Below, in pieces: positions 17,027-25,407 of a stretch of 38,566 nt of DNA (within the stretch, counting starts at the first letter, position 1; each line of letters begins with the position of its first letter). Both the position numbers and the translations under genes were made by a program. This stretch comes from a virus (taxonomy: Duplodnaviria > Caudoviricetes): positions 1 to 38,566 of IMG/VR virus record IMGVR_UViG_3300037462_000114. One strand, given 5' to 3'. The notes below the pieces were generated by a model. The model was not told where the DNA came from. It saw only the letters and a program-made list of their open reading frames with translations, and searched no databases.

Positions 17027-17160
17027 ATCGGAGTGGATGCCGATAAAAGAGCCGTTGACTCACTTCCAGGGTGCAAGCTAGACTTCAAGTCCTCCTTGCC
17101 AATCATCCAACCTGGGAGGCAGTGAACGGCTTTTTTATTACCCGCCTCTCCGAAAGGAGA
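17027..17160 (+). ncRNA. Structured leader/antisense RNA (C4/CI-like architecture) with potential pseudoknot
   Basis: Hairpin ATCGG/CCGAT with loop TGGATG complementary to CATCCA (17104-17109); long stem 17045-17070/17111-17136 ending in T6; GNRA hairpin occluding the SD. Confidence 0.65.
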
Positions 17161-17165
17161 AACTT

Positions 17166-17372
17166 ATGGAAGAAAAGAAAAAAACATTTGCGTTCCCAAT
17201 CGTAAATGAATTGGGGCATTTATATCACCCTGGCATGGAACTACGTGACTGGTTTGCTGGTATGGCTTTGGCAAATAGTTGGTGTGGTTCAATTGAACAA
17301 GATAGCATTAACGATGTTGCGAGAGTTGCATATCGGATTGCAGATGCAATGATGGAGGCTAGAAGCAAATGA
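17166..17372 (+). CDS. Conserved phage protein (GM.LRD.FA family)
   Basis: AFP...GMELRDWFAGMAL...AY.IADAM..AR. Confidence 0.8.
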   Translation: MEEKKKTFAFPIVNELGHLYHPGMELRDWFAGMALANSWCGSIEQDSINDVARVAYRIADAMMEARSK

Positions 17373-17974
17373 CCAATCTTACACAACAAACAATGACCAT
17401 AAAGGAACTGGCAGAAGTTGCTGGTTGCGATCATAAGACCGTTCGAAGAACCATTGAAGAATTATACCCTGGTTTAATGAAAAATGGCATAAAAACAGAA
17501 TTAAATTATAATCAATCAGAACTTGTAATGCACAACTTGAGGATTAAAGGTGGGTTGCAATCTGTACCTAGGCAAAATGCCGAGGTTACAAATAACCCAT
17601 TAGAGGTTGCAAAAATTCAGCTTGAGTCTATGCTAAAAATGATTACAGCAATTCAAGAAACTCAAGCAAAGCAAAAAGAACACGATTCTCGTATAGAACA
17701 ACTTGAAAATAAAATTGAAAAAAGGCTAACGGACGACGTGTCTTTACAGCTGGTTCTCCCATCGCAATTAGGTAAAATGTTTGAGCCAAATCTTACGGCA
17801 CAAAAAGTAAACATTAAATTACGAGAAGCTGGTCTGCAATGGAAAGTTGGTGGTGAATGGATTCCTACAAATGAAGGTAGACCATATTCGTCATCGGAGC
17901 CAGTACAAGTTGAAGCAGGTAAAATCGTATATCAATTAAAATGGCAAAGAAAAGTTAAGGAGTTATTGGTATGA
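17369..17974 (+). CDS. Antirepressor-like protein (Rha-like N-terminus, KilAC-like C-terminus)
   Basis: MTIKELAEVAGCDHKTVRR; SQLGK...AQKVN.KL...GLQ....W.PT..G. Confidence 0.7.
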   Translation: MTNLTQQTMTIKELAEVAGCDHKTVRRTIEELYPGLMKNGIKTELNYNQSELVMHNLRIKGGLQSVPRQNAEVTNNPLEVAKIQLESMLKMITAIQETQAKQKEHDSRIEQLENKIEKRLTDDVSLQLVLPSQLGKMFEPNLTAQKVNIKLREAGLQWKVGGEWIPTNEGRPYSSSEPVQVEAGKIVYQLKWQRKVKELLV

Positions 17975-18435
17975 GCAACAAAAAATACTATGAGCATTCA
18001 AGTGATAGGATAGGTAATTATGCAAGTATGTTATATCGGTTACAGGAAGAACTATGTAAAATACAAGAAGAGATTTATAAAATATCAGACCAACTCGGGG
18101 AAGAATCATTTAATGTCGTTTCCCCATTTTTGCCAAGTGTTGAAAAAGAAAATGCGGTCAGAGTTGGATATGTATATTTTCTAATCGCTGGAGACTTTTA
18201 CAAAATTGGGTATTCTAAATCAATTAAGATTAGGATAGGGTCATTGCAAACGGGATGCCCACATAAAATACGTTTGGCTGGGGTCATAGCTGGTAGCAAA
18301 TCATTTGAAAAGCATCTGCATACTAAGTTTAGAAAGTACAGAGCAAACGGCGAATGGTTCCATAGTTGCGATGATATAAAAGATTTTGTAGCCTTTAATA
18401 GAAGTAAACAGTTAAAAATTGAGTTGGTAAAATGA
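17971..18435 (+). CDS. GIY-YIG (T5orf172-type) domain protein
   Basis: GYVYFL...YKIGYS...R...LQTG.P...EK.LH..F...R..GEWF. Confidence 0.85.
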   Translation: MSNKKYYEHSSDRIGNYASMLYRLQEELCKIQEEIYKISDQLGEESFNVVSPFLPSVEKENAVRVGYVYFLIAGDFYKIGYSKSIKIRIGSLQTGCPHKIRLAGVIAGSKSFEKHLHTKFRKYRANGEWFHSCDDIKDFVAFNRSKQLKIELVK

Positions 18436-18511
18436 TGGACATTATTGTATCAAAGGGGTTTGCGCCGGGTGTTTTACTTGCCGCACGGGATATTTTTCAG
18501 TTAGGTAGAAC

Positions 18512-19003
18512 ATGAGCAAAAACAAAGTATCTGACAAAGTATTCCTTAACGGGAATAAAAAAGATGGTAAGCACTATTGGCTTACCCCCGACAGCGTATA
18601 TGAATTTATTGAAAAAACTTTTGGGGTTAAGCGGAAAAACCTTTATGACCCATGCCCTTATCCTAAACCAGAAGGCTACGATGGGCTAAAAGAAGATTGG
18701 GGTCAATTTAGCTATGTTAATGCTCCGTTTGGGGTAGTCGATGCAAACGGTAAAAAGATCGGTGCAACTGCCTGGTTTCGTAAAGCGAAGGAAGAATGCA
18801 ATAAAGGTAAACTGGTTTTATTTGTATTCCCTATCCATAATTGGCTTGTAGAGGCAATGGTCTTTTGTGGTGCTAGTGTGATCCACATGGGCAATGTAAA
18901 GTGGTTGGCAATTGAAGACGGGCTGCCTGGTAAGGGTTGCGGATCTATTGCTATGTTTGTACTGGATGGTCGTCGTGGTTGTAAACCATGGGAGAAGAAA
19001 TGA
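18512..19003 (+). CDS. Phage DNA N6-adenine methyltransferase-like (variant motif IV)
   Basis: WLTP, DPCP, DGL..DW, YVNAPF (NPPF/Y expected), W..KA..E. Confidence 0.7.
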   Translation: MSKNKVSDKVFLNGNKKDGKHYWLTPDSVYEFIEKTFGVKRKNLYDPCPYPKPEGYDGLKEDWGQFSYVNAPFGVVDANGKKIGATAWFRKAKEECNKGKLVLFVFPIHNWLVEAMVFCGASVIHMGNVKWLAIEDGLPGKGCGSIAMFVLDGRRGCKPWEKK

Positions 19004-19881
19004 GCGAATTTAAACCAAATACAACTCAATATCCAAACTTTCTATTTGACCTTATGCCATCTCTCAAAGAAGGCGAGCTAAGACTATTGAATGCAATCGT
19101 TCGCAAAACATACGGGTGGCAAAAACAAAGAGATAAAATATCGCTTAGCCAAATGATTGAGCTTACGGGTATGTCAAAGCAAGGTATTTTAGATGCTAGA
19201 GAGCGATTAATAAACAAAGGTATCATAAAAGCGGAAATGGTAAATGGTATTATGGAATACATGGTTGTAATCCCAGAAGAGCTGCCAGTCAATAAGGTTG
19301 ACCTAAACAAACGTGAAGCTGTCAAGATTGAACACGAAGCTAGTCTAAATCAGCCCGAAATGGACGTCCACAACGTAGACACACAAAAGAAAGAATTACA
19401 AAAGAAAATTACAAAAGAAAGAGAAGAAGAGCCAACCCCAAAAAAACAAGACGACCTAAACCCTTTTGCAAAAACAAATTTAGTTGAAGCATTAATAGAT
19501 GATTATCTACGAAAGAACTATAGGACAAAGATTCACTCTGACAAACTAAGTTGCAAAGAGATTGCCGACCGGATCTTGGATGACGAGGACGTAGAAGAAT
19601 TTATGACTGAGCTGTTTATGAGATGGGAATCTAGTTGGTGGAAAGATAAACTGTCCCCCCAACCAAGGCAGATTGTCAAGGCTTGGGATCAGCTTATGGT
19701 CATTGAGATTCCCGAATGGAAAAAGTCGGGCTTTGGCTCCGAATACGAATACAACATCCGAAACAAGGCTAAGCCTAGCCATCACACTACAATGGAACAA
19801 CTGCAAACCTACCAGGAACCGAAGGCAGACCCTGAACAGATAAACAACTTTTTAAATGACTTGGAGACTCTTAAAACATGA
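19000..19881 (+). CDS. Replication initiator, lambda O-like
   Basis: TQYPN.L.D....L...ELR....IVRKTYGWQK..D.IS.SQ...TG. Confidence 0.85.
   Translation: MSEFKPNTTQYPNFLFDLMPSLKEGELRLLNAIVRKTYGWQKQRDKISLSQMIELTGMSKQGILDARERLINKGIIKAEMVNGIMEYMVVIPEELPVNKVDLNKREAVKIEHEASLNQPEMDVHNVDTQKKELQKKITKEREEEPTPKKQDDLNPFAKTNLVEALIDDYLRKNYRTKIHSDKLSCKEIADRILDDEDVEEFMTELFMRWESSWWKDKLSPQPRQIVKAWDQLMVIEIPEWKKSGFGSEYEYNIRNKAKPSHHTTMEQLQTYQEPKADPEQINNFLNDLETLKT
19288..19420. other. Putative replication origin within initiator gene
   Basis: GTC-N9-GAC dyads at 19288-19302 and 19366-19380, then ACAAAAGAAA three times (19383, 19398, 19411). Confidence 0.45.
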
Positions 19882-20228
19882 ACGAACTGCTACCTAAAAA
19901 ACTAGCTCCCTACAAGCTACCAAACTGTTGGATATGCTACGACATAGGCAACTATGAGATCAGTCGATTTTCCAACGGCAAAGAATTACCCAAATGGAAG
20001 TTTGGCGAAAAGATTACAGAAGACCACGGCAAGATGTACGCTGAAAATAACAACGTCACCGAAGAAGAAGTATATCGTATACAATGCCCCGCCTGTCATC
20101 CAAAGTTTGAAAAACGACACGAAGAACTTACCTCTGTTATTATGTCAGAAAAAACTAACATAAAAGAAAAAGGCGAAGCAAGAGACGAGCTGTCAATGAT
20201 TTGGGGCATGAAGCCTAAACGCAGATGA
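19878..20228 (+). CDS. Zn-finger protein (CxxC...CxxC)
   Basis: CWIC.D.G...CPAC; coupled downstream of the initiator. Confidence 0.55.
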   Translation: MNELLPKKLAPYKLPNCWICYDIGNYEISRFSNGKELPKWKFGEKITEDHGKMYAENNNVTEEEVYRIQCPACHPKFEKRHEELTSVIMSEKTNIKEKGEARDELSMIWGMKPKRR

Positions 20229-20452
20229 CAGATCCTACAGCCCTACAACTAGCTACCCTTCGCTACATACAAGAATGGTACATAGAATATATGTATCCAC
20301 CGACTGTAAGAGACCTAGCTCAAATGGTAGGTGTATCATCTAAGGCAATGTATGACAGAGTCAATGCAATGCGAAAAAAAGGACTGTTACTTGATGAGAA
20401 GAAAATTGTGCCAGTTGGTATAAAGGTAGTAAAAATAGTTGACACAAAATAA
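20225..20452 (+). CDS. Stand-alone LexA-type DNA-binding domain
   Basis: T..Q...L.YI......YPPTVRDLA..VG.SS.......L/M.KKG; no peptidase domain. Confidence 0.8.
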   Translation: MTDPTALQLATLRYIQEWYIEYMYPPTVRDLAQMVGVSSKAMYDRVNAMRKKGLLLDEKKIVPVGIKVVKIVDTK

Positions 20453-20466
20453 CACTAATGTAGTAT
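20430..20466 (+). promoter_or_regulatory. Promoter copy 1
   Basis: TTGACA 20439, 16 nt, TAGTAT; shares 19-bp TAAAAATAGTTGACACAAA with 21463. Confidence 0.7.
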
Positions 20467-20487
20467 TGCTGTCAGGAGACAAACCAA

Positions 20488-20643
20488 ATGACAACACTAG
20501 ACAGAATCAACAACAACTATAAATCAGAAATCAGCATTAGTGAGATGAACGCAATAGCTGATTTTATGAATGGCCTAAACAAACTTGATGAGGAAACTTG
20601 GCGTAAGATGAGGGAGGATATGAGTAATGTATTGGCAGTATAG
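20488..20643 (+). CDS. Hypothetical 51-aa protein
   Basis: AGGAG SD after promoter. Confidence 0.6.
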   Translation: MTTLDRINNNYKSEISISEMNAIADFMNGLNKLDEETWRKMREDMSNVLAV

Positions 20644-20773
20644 ATTCACGCTATCTAATCGGTCATCTCAAATACCTAATAGATACTATGCCTATGAGGT
20701 ATATACAGACAAAGACGAAGCTCTAGCGCAATGCGATAAACTGCGGGCAATGATTAACAGGGTAAGGAAATGA
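20627..20773 (+). CDS. Hypothetical 48-aa protein
   Basis: GGAGG SD; ATGA overlap with YopX gene. Confidence 0.5.
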   Translation: MYWQYRFTLSNRSSQIPNRYYAYEVYTDKDEALAQCDKLRAMINRVRK

Positions 20774-21162
20774 GTAGAGAGATAAAGTTTAGGGTTTGGG
20801 ACTTAGATCCAGAAAGACACAGAATGATTTACTTTAATGCGTTTGAGACATGGGGGTTTATCGACCATACAAAAGACCCTGCGCGTACAATAACAAGCAA
20901 CAGAACTTTAATGCTAACAACTGATCCAACACAATTTGCTTGGATGCAATACACTGGCCTAAAGGATAAGAATGGTAAAGAGATTTATGAAGGCGATGTT
21001 GTGAAACTTGGGCAATACACTAATCCTGAAGTTGTTAAGATAAATCCTTATTATGGCGTTACGCCAATAGCTGGACACTGTACTGGGTATTGGCAAGGAA
21101 GACCTGAAGATTTTAAAGTCATTGGCAACATTTACGAAAACCCTGAATTGCTAAATGCCTAA
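20770..21162 (+). CDS. YopX-family protein
   Basis: REIKFRVWD...MQYTGLKDKNGKEIYEGD...VIGNIYENPELL. Confidence 0.92.
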   Translation: MSREIKFRVWDLDPERHRMIYFNAFETWGFIDHTKDPARTITSNRTLMLTTDPTQFAWMQYTGLKDKNGKEIYEGDVVKLGQYTNPEVVKINPYYGVTPIAGHCTGYWQGRPEDFKVIGNIYENPELLNA

Positions 21163-21475
21163 CTGGGAACGCAACCTCCCGCCTATGGTAAAACCAGAAC
21201 GGGACAAACGACCCAAAGCCGTACAGAACCTAGAAGCTAACGCAATCAACAAAGCCAATTTTTTACGCCTAGGAATTACTCGCTGTGAATCCTGTGGTAC
21301 TGACTACGGGCTATCATTCGCCCACCGAAAAAAACGCCGTCATTATAGAACCTTAGAAGAACTAACAGACTACAACGAAGTCATTTTATTATGTCTGCGA
21401 GAACATGAAGAAATCGAAAAATCGCCACAAAAAACAATCGAACTTTTTAAAAGGTTAAGACCTAAAAATAGTTGA
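21155..21475 (+). CDS. HNH-like nuclease
   Basis: CESCG....AH..KR......LLC..EH. Confidence 0.6.
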   Translation: MPNWERNLPPMVKPERDKRPKAVQNLEANAINKANFLRLGITRCESCGTDYGLSFAHRKKRRHYRTLEELTDYNEVILLCLREHEEIEKSPQKTIELFKRLRPKNS

Positions 21476-21499
21476 CACAAATTCTAGTAAATGTAGGAT
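21463..21499 (+). promoter_or_regulatory. Promoter copy 2
   Basis: TTGACA 21472, 16 nt, TAGGAT. Confidence 0.7.
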
Positions 21500-21514
21500 G
21501 AATTTAGGAGATTC

Positions 21515-21685
21515 ATGCCAAGCAGATTTGATTTAATCCATTTAGTTTTGTTTTTAGTTTTAGCTCTCTGGCTATGTTATCAACAATTACTAATTAGCGA
21601 TTTACAATCTAACTGCAAGGTAGTAAAAATATACTCAGGAGATAAAAATGATAACAGACACAAAACTAACGGAAACCGAAACTAA
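21515..21685 (+). CDS. 56-aa single-TM protein
   Basis: AGGAG SD; hydrophobic N-terminus. Confidence 0.55.
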   Translation: MPSRFDLIHLVLFLVLALWLCYQQLLISDLQSNCKVVKIYSGDKNDNRHKTNGNRN

Positions 21686-21824
21686 AGAACTAGCGTATAT
21701 GTATTACGGGTATTACGCCGCAACGAACGACGCTAAAAAATCCATGCAATTTATACAGTCAAAGGGTTGGAATCCAGTTCACATTCTAAATATACGACGT
21801 TATAGTAAGCGAGAGCTTGAGTGA
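21648..21824 (+). CDS. Hypothetical 58-aa protein
   Basis: AGGAG SD; TGATG overlap with next gene. Confidence 0.55.
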   Translation: MITDTKLTETETKELAYMYYGYYAATNDAKKSMQFIQSKGWNPVHILNIRRYSKRELE

Positions 21825-22369
21825 TGTCACGAATAACTGAAAAGGACTGGCATAAAGTCGCTGAGACGGTCACGCACTGTATAGTAAAAGATTTGTCCAA
21901 GCTGGATGTTACAATGCTACTTGGTATGTCATGGAATGCAATAATTAAAGGTATGCACCGGCAAGGCATAACGCTCACACATTGCAAAAAATGGGCTGTG
22001 CAAATGTCTGATGGTAGATTAGCGCTTAGGTCGGATTTTGGATCTGAGGCAGTTGTGAAATACCGGATTCATACAGGAGAAATTAAGCAAAACAAATGGG
22101 GGTTAGTAATAATGAGCGAAAGCAAGTATGCAAGATACAAACGTAAAGATATAGGAGCAACTGAGGCAGAATATAGCGCGAAGCAAACTGCGGAAATTTT
22201 AAAATACAGTGCTAGTCGTCTTAGCGTGCTTGTCGATGCCGGGCATATAAAACGAACACGGATCGGAAAATATGACAAGTCATCGGTCGATGCGTATGCA
22301 ATTGAACTTGAAGAACGTCGACAGATTCAGCCGGCTAAATGGTTAAACCCAGGGAGTTACGCAACATGA
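21824..22369 (+). CDS. Protein with C-terminal excisionase/MerR-like HTH
   Basis: YSAKQTAEILKYSASRLSVLVDAGHI...YDKSSVDAY. Confidence 0.55.
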   Translation: MSRITEKDWHKVAETVTHCIVKDLSKLDVTMLLGMSWNAIIKGMHRQGITLTHCKKWAVQMSDGRLALRSDFGSEAVVKYRIHTGEIKQNKWGLVIMSESKYARYKRKDIGATEAEYSAKQTAEILKYSASRLSVLVDAGHIKRTRIGKYDKSSVDAYAIELEERRQIQPAKWLNPGSYAT

Positions 22370-22548
22370 CCGCACGAAGTTTTTACCGCAATTACAAAAA
22401 CCGATGTATGGACTCTCTCTCACCTGACTATGACGACGATATGCAGTTGGATGAGGACGAACAGGAAGACCTAGACGATGCGATTCTGGACGAGATGCTA
22501 GACGCACAGGAAGAACGAATGGAAAGAGAAGAAAGGGGGATAGTGTGA
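22366..22548 (+). CDS. Highly acidic small protein
   Basis: GGGAG SD; D/E-dominated C-terminal two thirds. Confidence 0.6.
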   Translation: MTARSFYRNYKNRCMDSLSPDYDDDMQLDEDEQEDLDDAILDEMLDAQEERMEREERGIV

Positions 22549-23774
22549 ACTCAATCTACGTAGAATCACAAACCCTTTATCAAAACAAACCAGCATTTAA
22601 ATGGCTGGATAAATGCGGGGCGAGGTGGGTTGACGGCACACCGTTTGAAGATTACAGAACGCGACAACCATACATTGGCTTTACCAAAGATGGTTTTGCT
22701 CATTTCCCAAGTTCAATGAAGCCAGATACACAAAGCCACACCCACACTCCCACAGCCCTCGAATTCTGCCAAGGTGTTGCTAGGATACTAGGTATTCCAG
22801 AGCCGACGTTTGAGGAGGACAAAGACAAAGCGTTTTGGGATTCCGAACAGGCGATTTTTGATAGAGCAAAAAATAACCCTATGGTCATTGATCCTGCTTT
22901 ATATGGTGCGAAGGTGAAGCCAAAAGGTATGGCAATAGAATGCGACAAATTAACTCAAGATCAAAAAGAATGGGTTGATTCTGTTCGTGGCCGACAATCC
23001 GACTGGGAAGATTGGTCATATTGTGTAATTCTTAAACCTAGCGGGGTTGTTGACATATACCTAACAAGTGAATCAGAAGTAAATGATGTTCTTGGTGTCA
23101 CCATTACCGATTCCCCCACTGAATTCCTAGAATATGTAGCACAACAGACAGGTAAGGAATATAAAATGGAACCGACGTTTGGGGAGGTTACTGGTCACGT
23201 ATTAACTCAAAACGAGATTGATAAAATTATTGAATTCGACAAGCCAGAGCCAAAAGGAATGGCGATAGATTTGCATTTATTGAGCAAAAGTGACAGGTCA
23301 AAACTTGAGGAATTAACAATTGGGAGCGCTACACTAGAAAATGGCCATGACAAATATTTACGTTTAAAGAATGGGAAAATTTGGGCAGTTAGTAAAGAGC
23401 GCATAGAAAGCTTGGGCTATACCATCACCGATTCCTCTAAAGTATTCCTTGAATATGTAGCACAACAAACAGGGAAGGAATATCAACCAAACATTGTAAA
23501 TTTGCCACCAAATATAGAGCAAAAAATGTTATACCCGAACCACAAAAACTACCGCATCCTTGATTCGTTAGACGGTATTCCACTAGATACACGCATACCA
23601 TTGAGTGAGTGGATACCGCCCATGGGAGCCGAAGTGCTTTGGGTCATTGACAAGTCTGCATACATGGGTCACTTTGGCGGGTTAAATATTGACGGCTTGG
23701 TTATATTAGATAGCGACGATGTAATGATTTCGGTAATTGATAACCTAGACGGTCATTGGATGAGGATTGTATGA
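22545..23774 (+). CDS. Hypothetical protein with internally repeated domains
   Basis: PKGMAI...TITDS..(E/V)FLEYVAQQTGKEY twice, EPTF twice. Confidence 0.75.
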   Translation: MNSIYVESQTLYQNKPAFKWLDKCGARWVDGTPFEDYRTRQPYIGFTKDGFAHFPSSMKPDTQSHTHTPTALEFCQGVARILGIPEPTFEEDKDKAFWDSEQAIFDRAKNNPMVIDPALYGAKVKPKGMAIECDKLTQDQKEWVDSVRGRQSDWEDWSYCVILKPSGVVDIYLTSESEVNDVLGVTITDSPTEFLEYVAQQTGKEYKMEPTFGEVTGHVLTQNEIDKIIEFDKPEPKGMAIDLHLLSKSDRSKLEELTIGSATLENGHDKYLRLKNGKIWAVSKERIESLGYTITDSSKVFLEYVAQQTGKEYQPNIVNLPPNIEQKMLYPNHKNYRILDSLDGIPLDTRIPLSEWIPPMGAEVLWVIDKSAYMGHFGGLNIDGLVILDSDDVMISVIDNLDGHWMRIV

Positions 23775-24072
23775 GCGGATACTTAAGATTGCACCATCCC
23801 AATGGAAGGGACGTTGAGTTTTACGAGTGCGAAAAATACGGATGCACTCACCAATCAATCGATGATGCTTATAGTTGGATTCATGCGAAAAAAATTGGGT
23901 GGGAAGTGATACCAGCAATTGTGAGTCGAGAAAACAGGCAAAAATTATCTGGTAAAAATATGGGGTTATGTGACAGCGAAGCGACAAAAGTTGAATTATA
24001 TTGTCCAACTTGCTTCCCCGCAATTAAAGATAAACATTTATCTAAAACGGTCATTGGATGAGGATTGTATGA
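23749..24072 (+). repeat. 26-bp direct repeats (23749-23774, 24047-24072) bounding one gene
   Basis: ACGGTCATTGGATGAGGATTGTATGA occurs exactly twice; contains SD and ATG. Confidence 0.95.
23771..24061 (+). CDS. Zn-ribbon-like hypothetical protein
   Basis: CEKYGC...GW...YCPTC; start inside repeat. Confidence 0.6.
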   Translation: MSGYLRLHHPNGRDVEFYECEKYGCTHQSIDDAYSWIHAKKIGWEVIPAIVSRENRQKLSGKNMGLCDSEATKVELYCPTCFPAIKDKHLSKTVIG

Positions 24073-24248
24073 ATGTTTATAAATTTTTTAAGGTTTTGTG
24101 CGCAGGTTTGATTCTTGCGTGCTTTTGGTTAATGATAGGAATGATTTTTACACAAAGCACAAATTTAAATCCATTTGTTCAAGGGGTAACTGCATTTATG
24201 TGGTTTTTTACTTACGGTATGTTGATAATTGAAGAGGAAGTATTTTAG
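24069..24248 (+). CDS. Two-TM small protein
   Basis: Start inside second repeat; two hydrophobic segments. Confidence 0.6.
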   Translation: MNVYKFFKVLCAGLILACFWLMIGMIFTQSTNLNPFVQGVTAFMWFFTYGMLIIEEEVF

Positions 24249-24250
24249 CT

Positions 24251-24580
24251 ATGAACGAACTTAACAAACTAATAGAGCAATACGAACGAGAGAACCCAGG
24301 GAAGAAAGCCAGGTGGGAGGACAATCCGCTAGTTCAACCATTATCGTTAAACCAAAAACCTTACTTTAAGCAATATTCAGGATTTACCAATGATTTTGTC
24401 CTATGGCTCGCCTCCCGTCCAACTTGTGGCATCGAGCAAAGGAAGTTTTTGGATGAGATAGAGAAAGGTAAATACTACAAGGGAATAGCTTCGAACACTG
24501 GAGGAATTTTACTTCCTTTATTGTACATTCCACAGGATTCTTTTGAGTCTGACCTACAAAAAGTAACTCAAGGAGAATAA
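24251..24580 (+). CDS. Hypothetical protein (PTC...FLDE family)
   Basis: GAGG SD; shared motif. Confidence 0.65.
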   Translation: MNELNKLIEQYERENPGKKARWEDNPLVQPLSLNQKPYFKQYSGFTNDFVLWLASRPTCGIEQRKFLDEIEKGKYYKGIASNTGGILLPLLYIPQDSFESDLQKVTQGE

Positions 24581-24586
24581 GAGAGT

Positions 24587-24907
24587 ATGATACCAAAAAA
24601 TACACCTAAACAAATTTATATTGATGCTGAAGACAAAGAACTTGAATGTATGGTCGAAGATTTTGAAACTCTAGAAGATGCTAAATGGTGCGAAGACGAC
24701 ATTTGGGAGCATAGTATCCGTTATGTTAGATCAGACTTGCCAACCTGCACCCCCACCGAGCGAGCATTTCTGGATGAGCTGAGGGAGAAGTATAAGTGGT
24801 ATCCTCAAGACGGCGGGATTTTATCAAATGAGGAAGGGACTTTATGCGATTTAATAAGTCAAATCCATTTCACAAAATCAAACCTAAAGGAGCTAGTCAA
24901 TGAGTGA
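24587..24907 (+). CDS. Hypothetical protein (PTC...FLDE family)
   Basis: P.QIYI...WCED...YVRSD then shared motif. Confidence 0.65.
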   Translation: MIPKNTPKQIYIDAEDKELECMVEDFETLEDAKWCEDDIWEHSIRYVRSDLPTCTPTERAFLDELREKYKWYPQDGGILSNEEGTLCDLISQIHFTKSNLKELVNE

Positions 24908-25205
24908 TGAATTAGACATAGGCAAAGAACTCCCTATCACCAAATGCTATGAATGCGGATCAAATGGAGAAGCACAAGACGGGTGGTGGTCAAAGCTAGT
25001 CATATATCAAGGTGAACAAATTTGGGCAAAAATATGTGATGTTTGTTGGGCAAAACCAGATTGTCAATGCAGGGAATGTAAATGGGTAGGGAATAGAATT
25101 GGAGAGGGCGGAATTCGTCCTTATAAAGATCCAAATGACGCCGATGTAATTGGTGTCTCATGTTGCCCTAAGTGTGGTGGCGATTTGTTAGTATTTGGAG
25201 ATTAA
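24900..25205 (+). CDS. Cys-rich Zn-finger protein
   Basis: Four CxxC motifs; AAGGAG SD. Confidence 0.65.
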   Translation: MSDELDIGKELPITKCYECGSNGEAQDGWWSKLVIYQGEQIWAKICDVCWAKPDCQCRECKWVGNRIGEGGIRPYKDPNDADVIGVSCCPKCGGDLLVFGD

Positions 25206-25239
25206 ACGATGTCAGAAGTAAAATGGGAGATATGGGGAT

Positions 25240-25407
25240 ATGATTGAAGTAGGATCAAAAGTAAATGTATATTTTACTCACATGGCTAGGCACAATTTAA
25301 CAGTAAAATACGAGCCACAGCAACCAATGGATTGTTGGATTCTTGAAGATGAAAACGGCAAAGAATATAAAGTTTTGCATTATGATTTAATTGAGGAAAT
25401 TGTATGA
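25240..25407 (+). CDS. Hypothetical 55-aa protein (SH3-like)
   Basis: MIEVGSKVNVYF...; ATGA overlap with next gene. Confidence 0.5.
   Translation: MIEVGSKVNVYFTHMARHNLTVKYEPQQPMDCWILEDENGKEYKVLHYDLIEEIV

Noticed and set aside
17027-17140. tRNA gene
   Set aside because: No TTCGA T-loop, D-arm or CCA acceptor geometry
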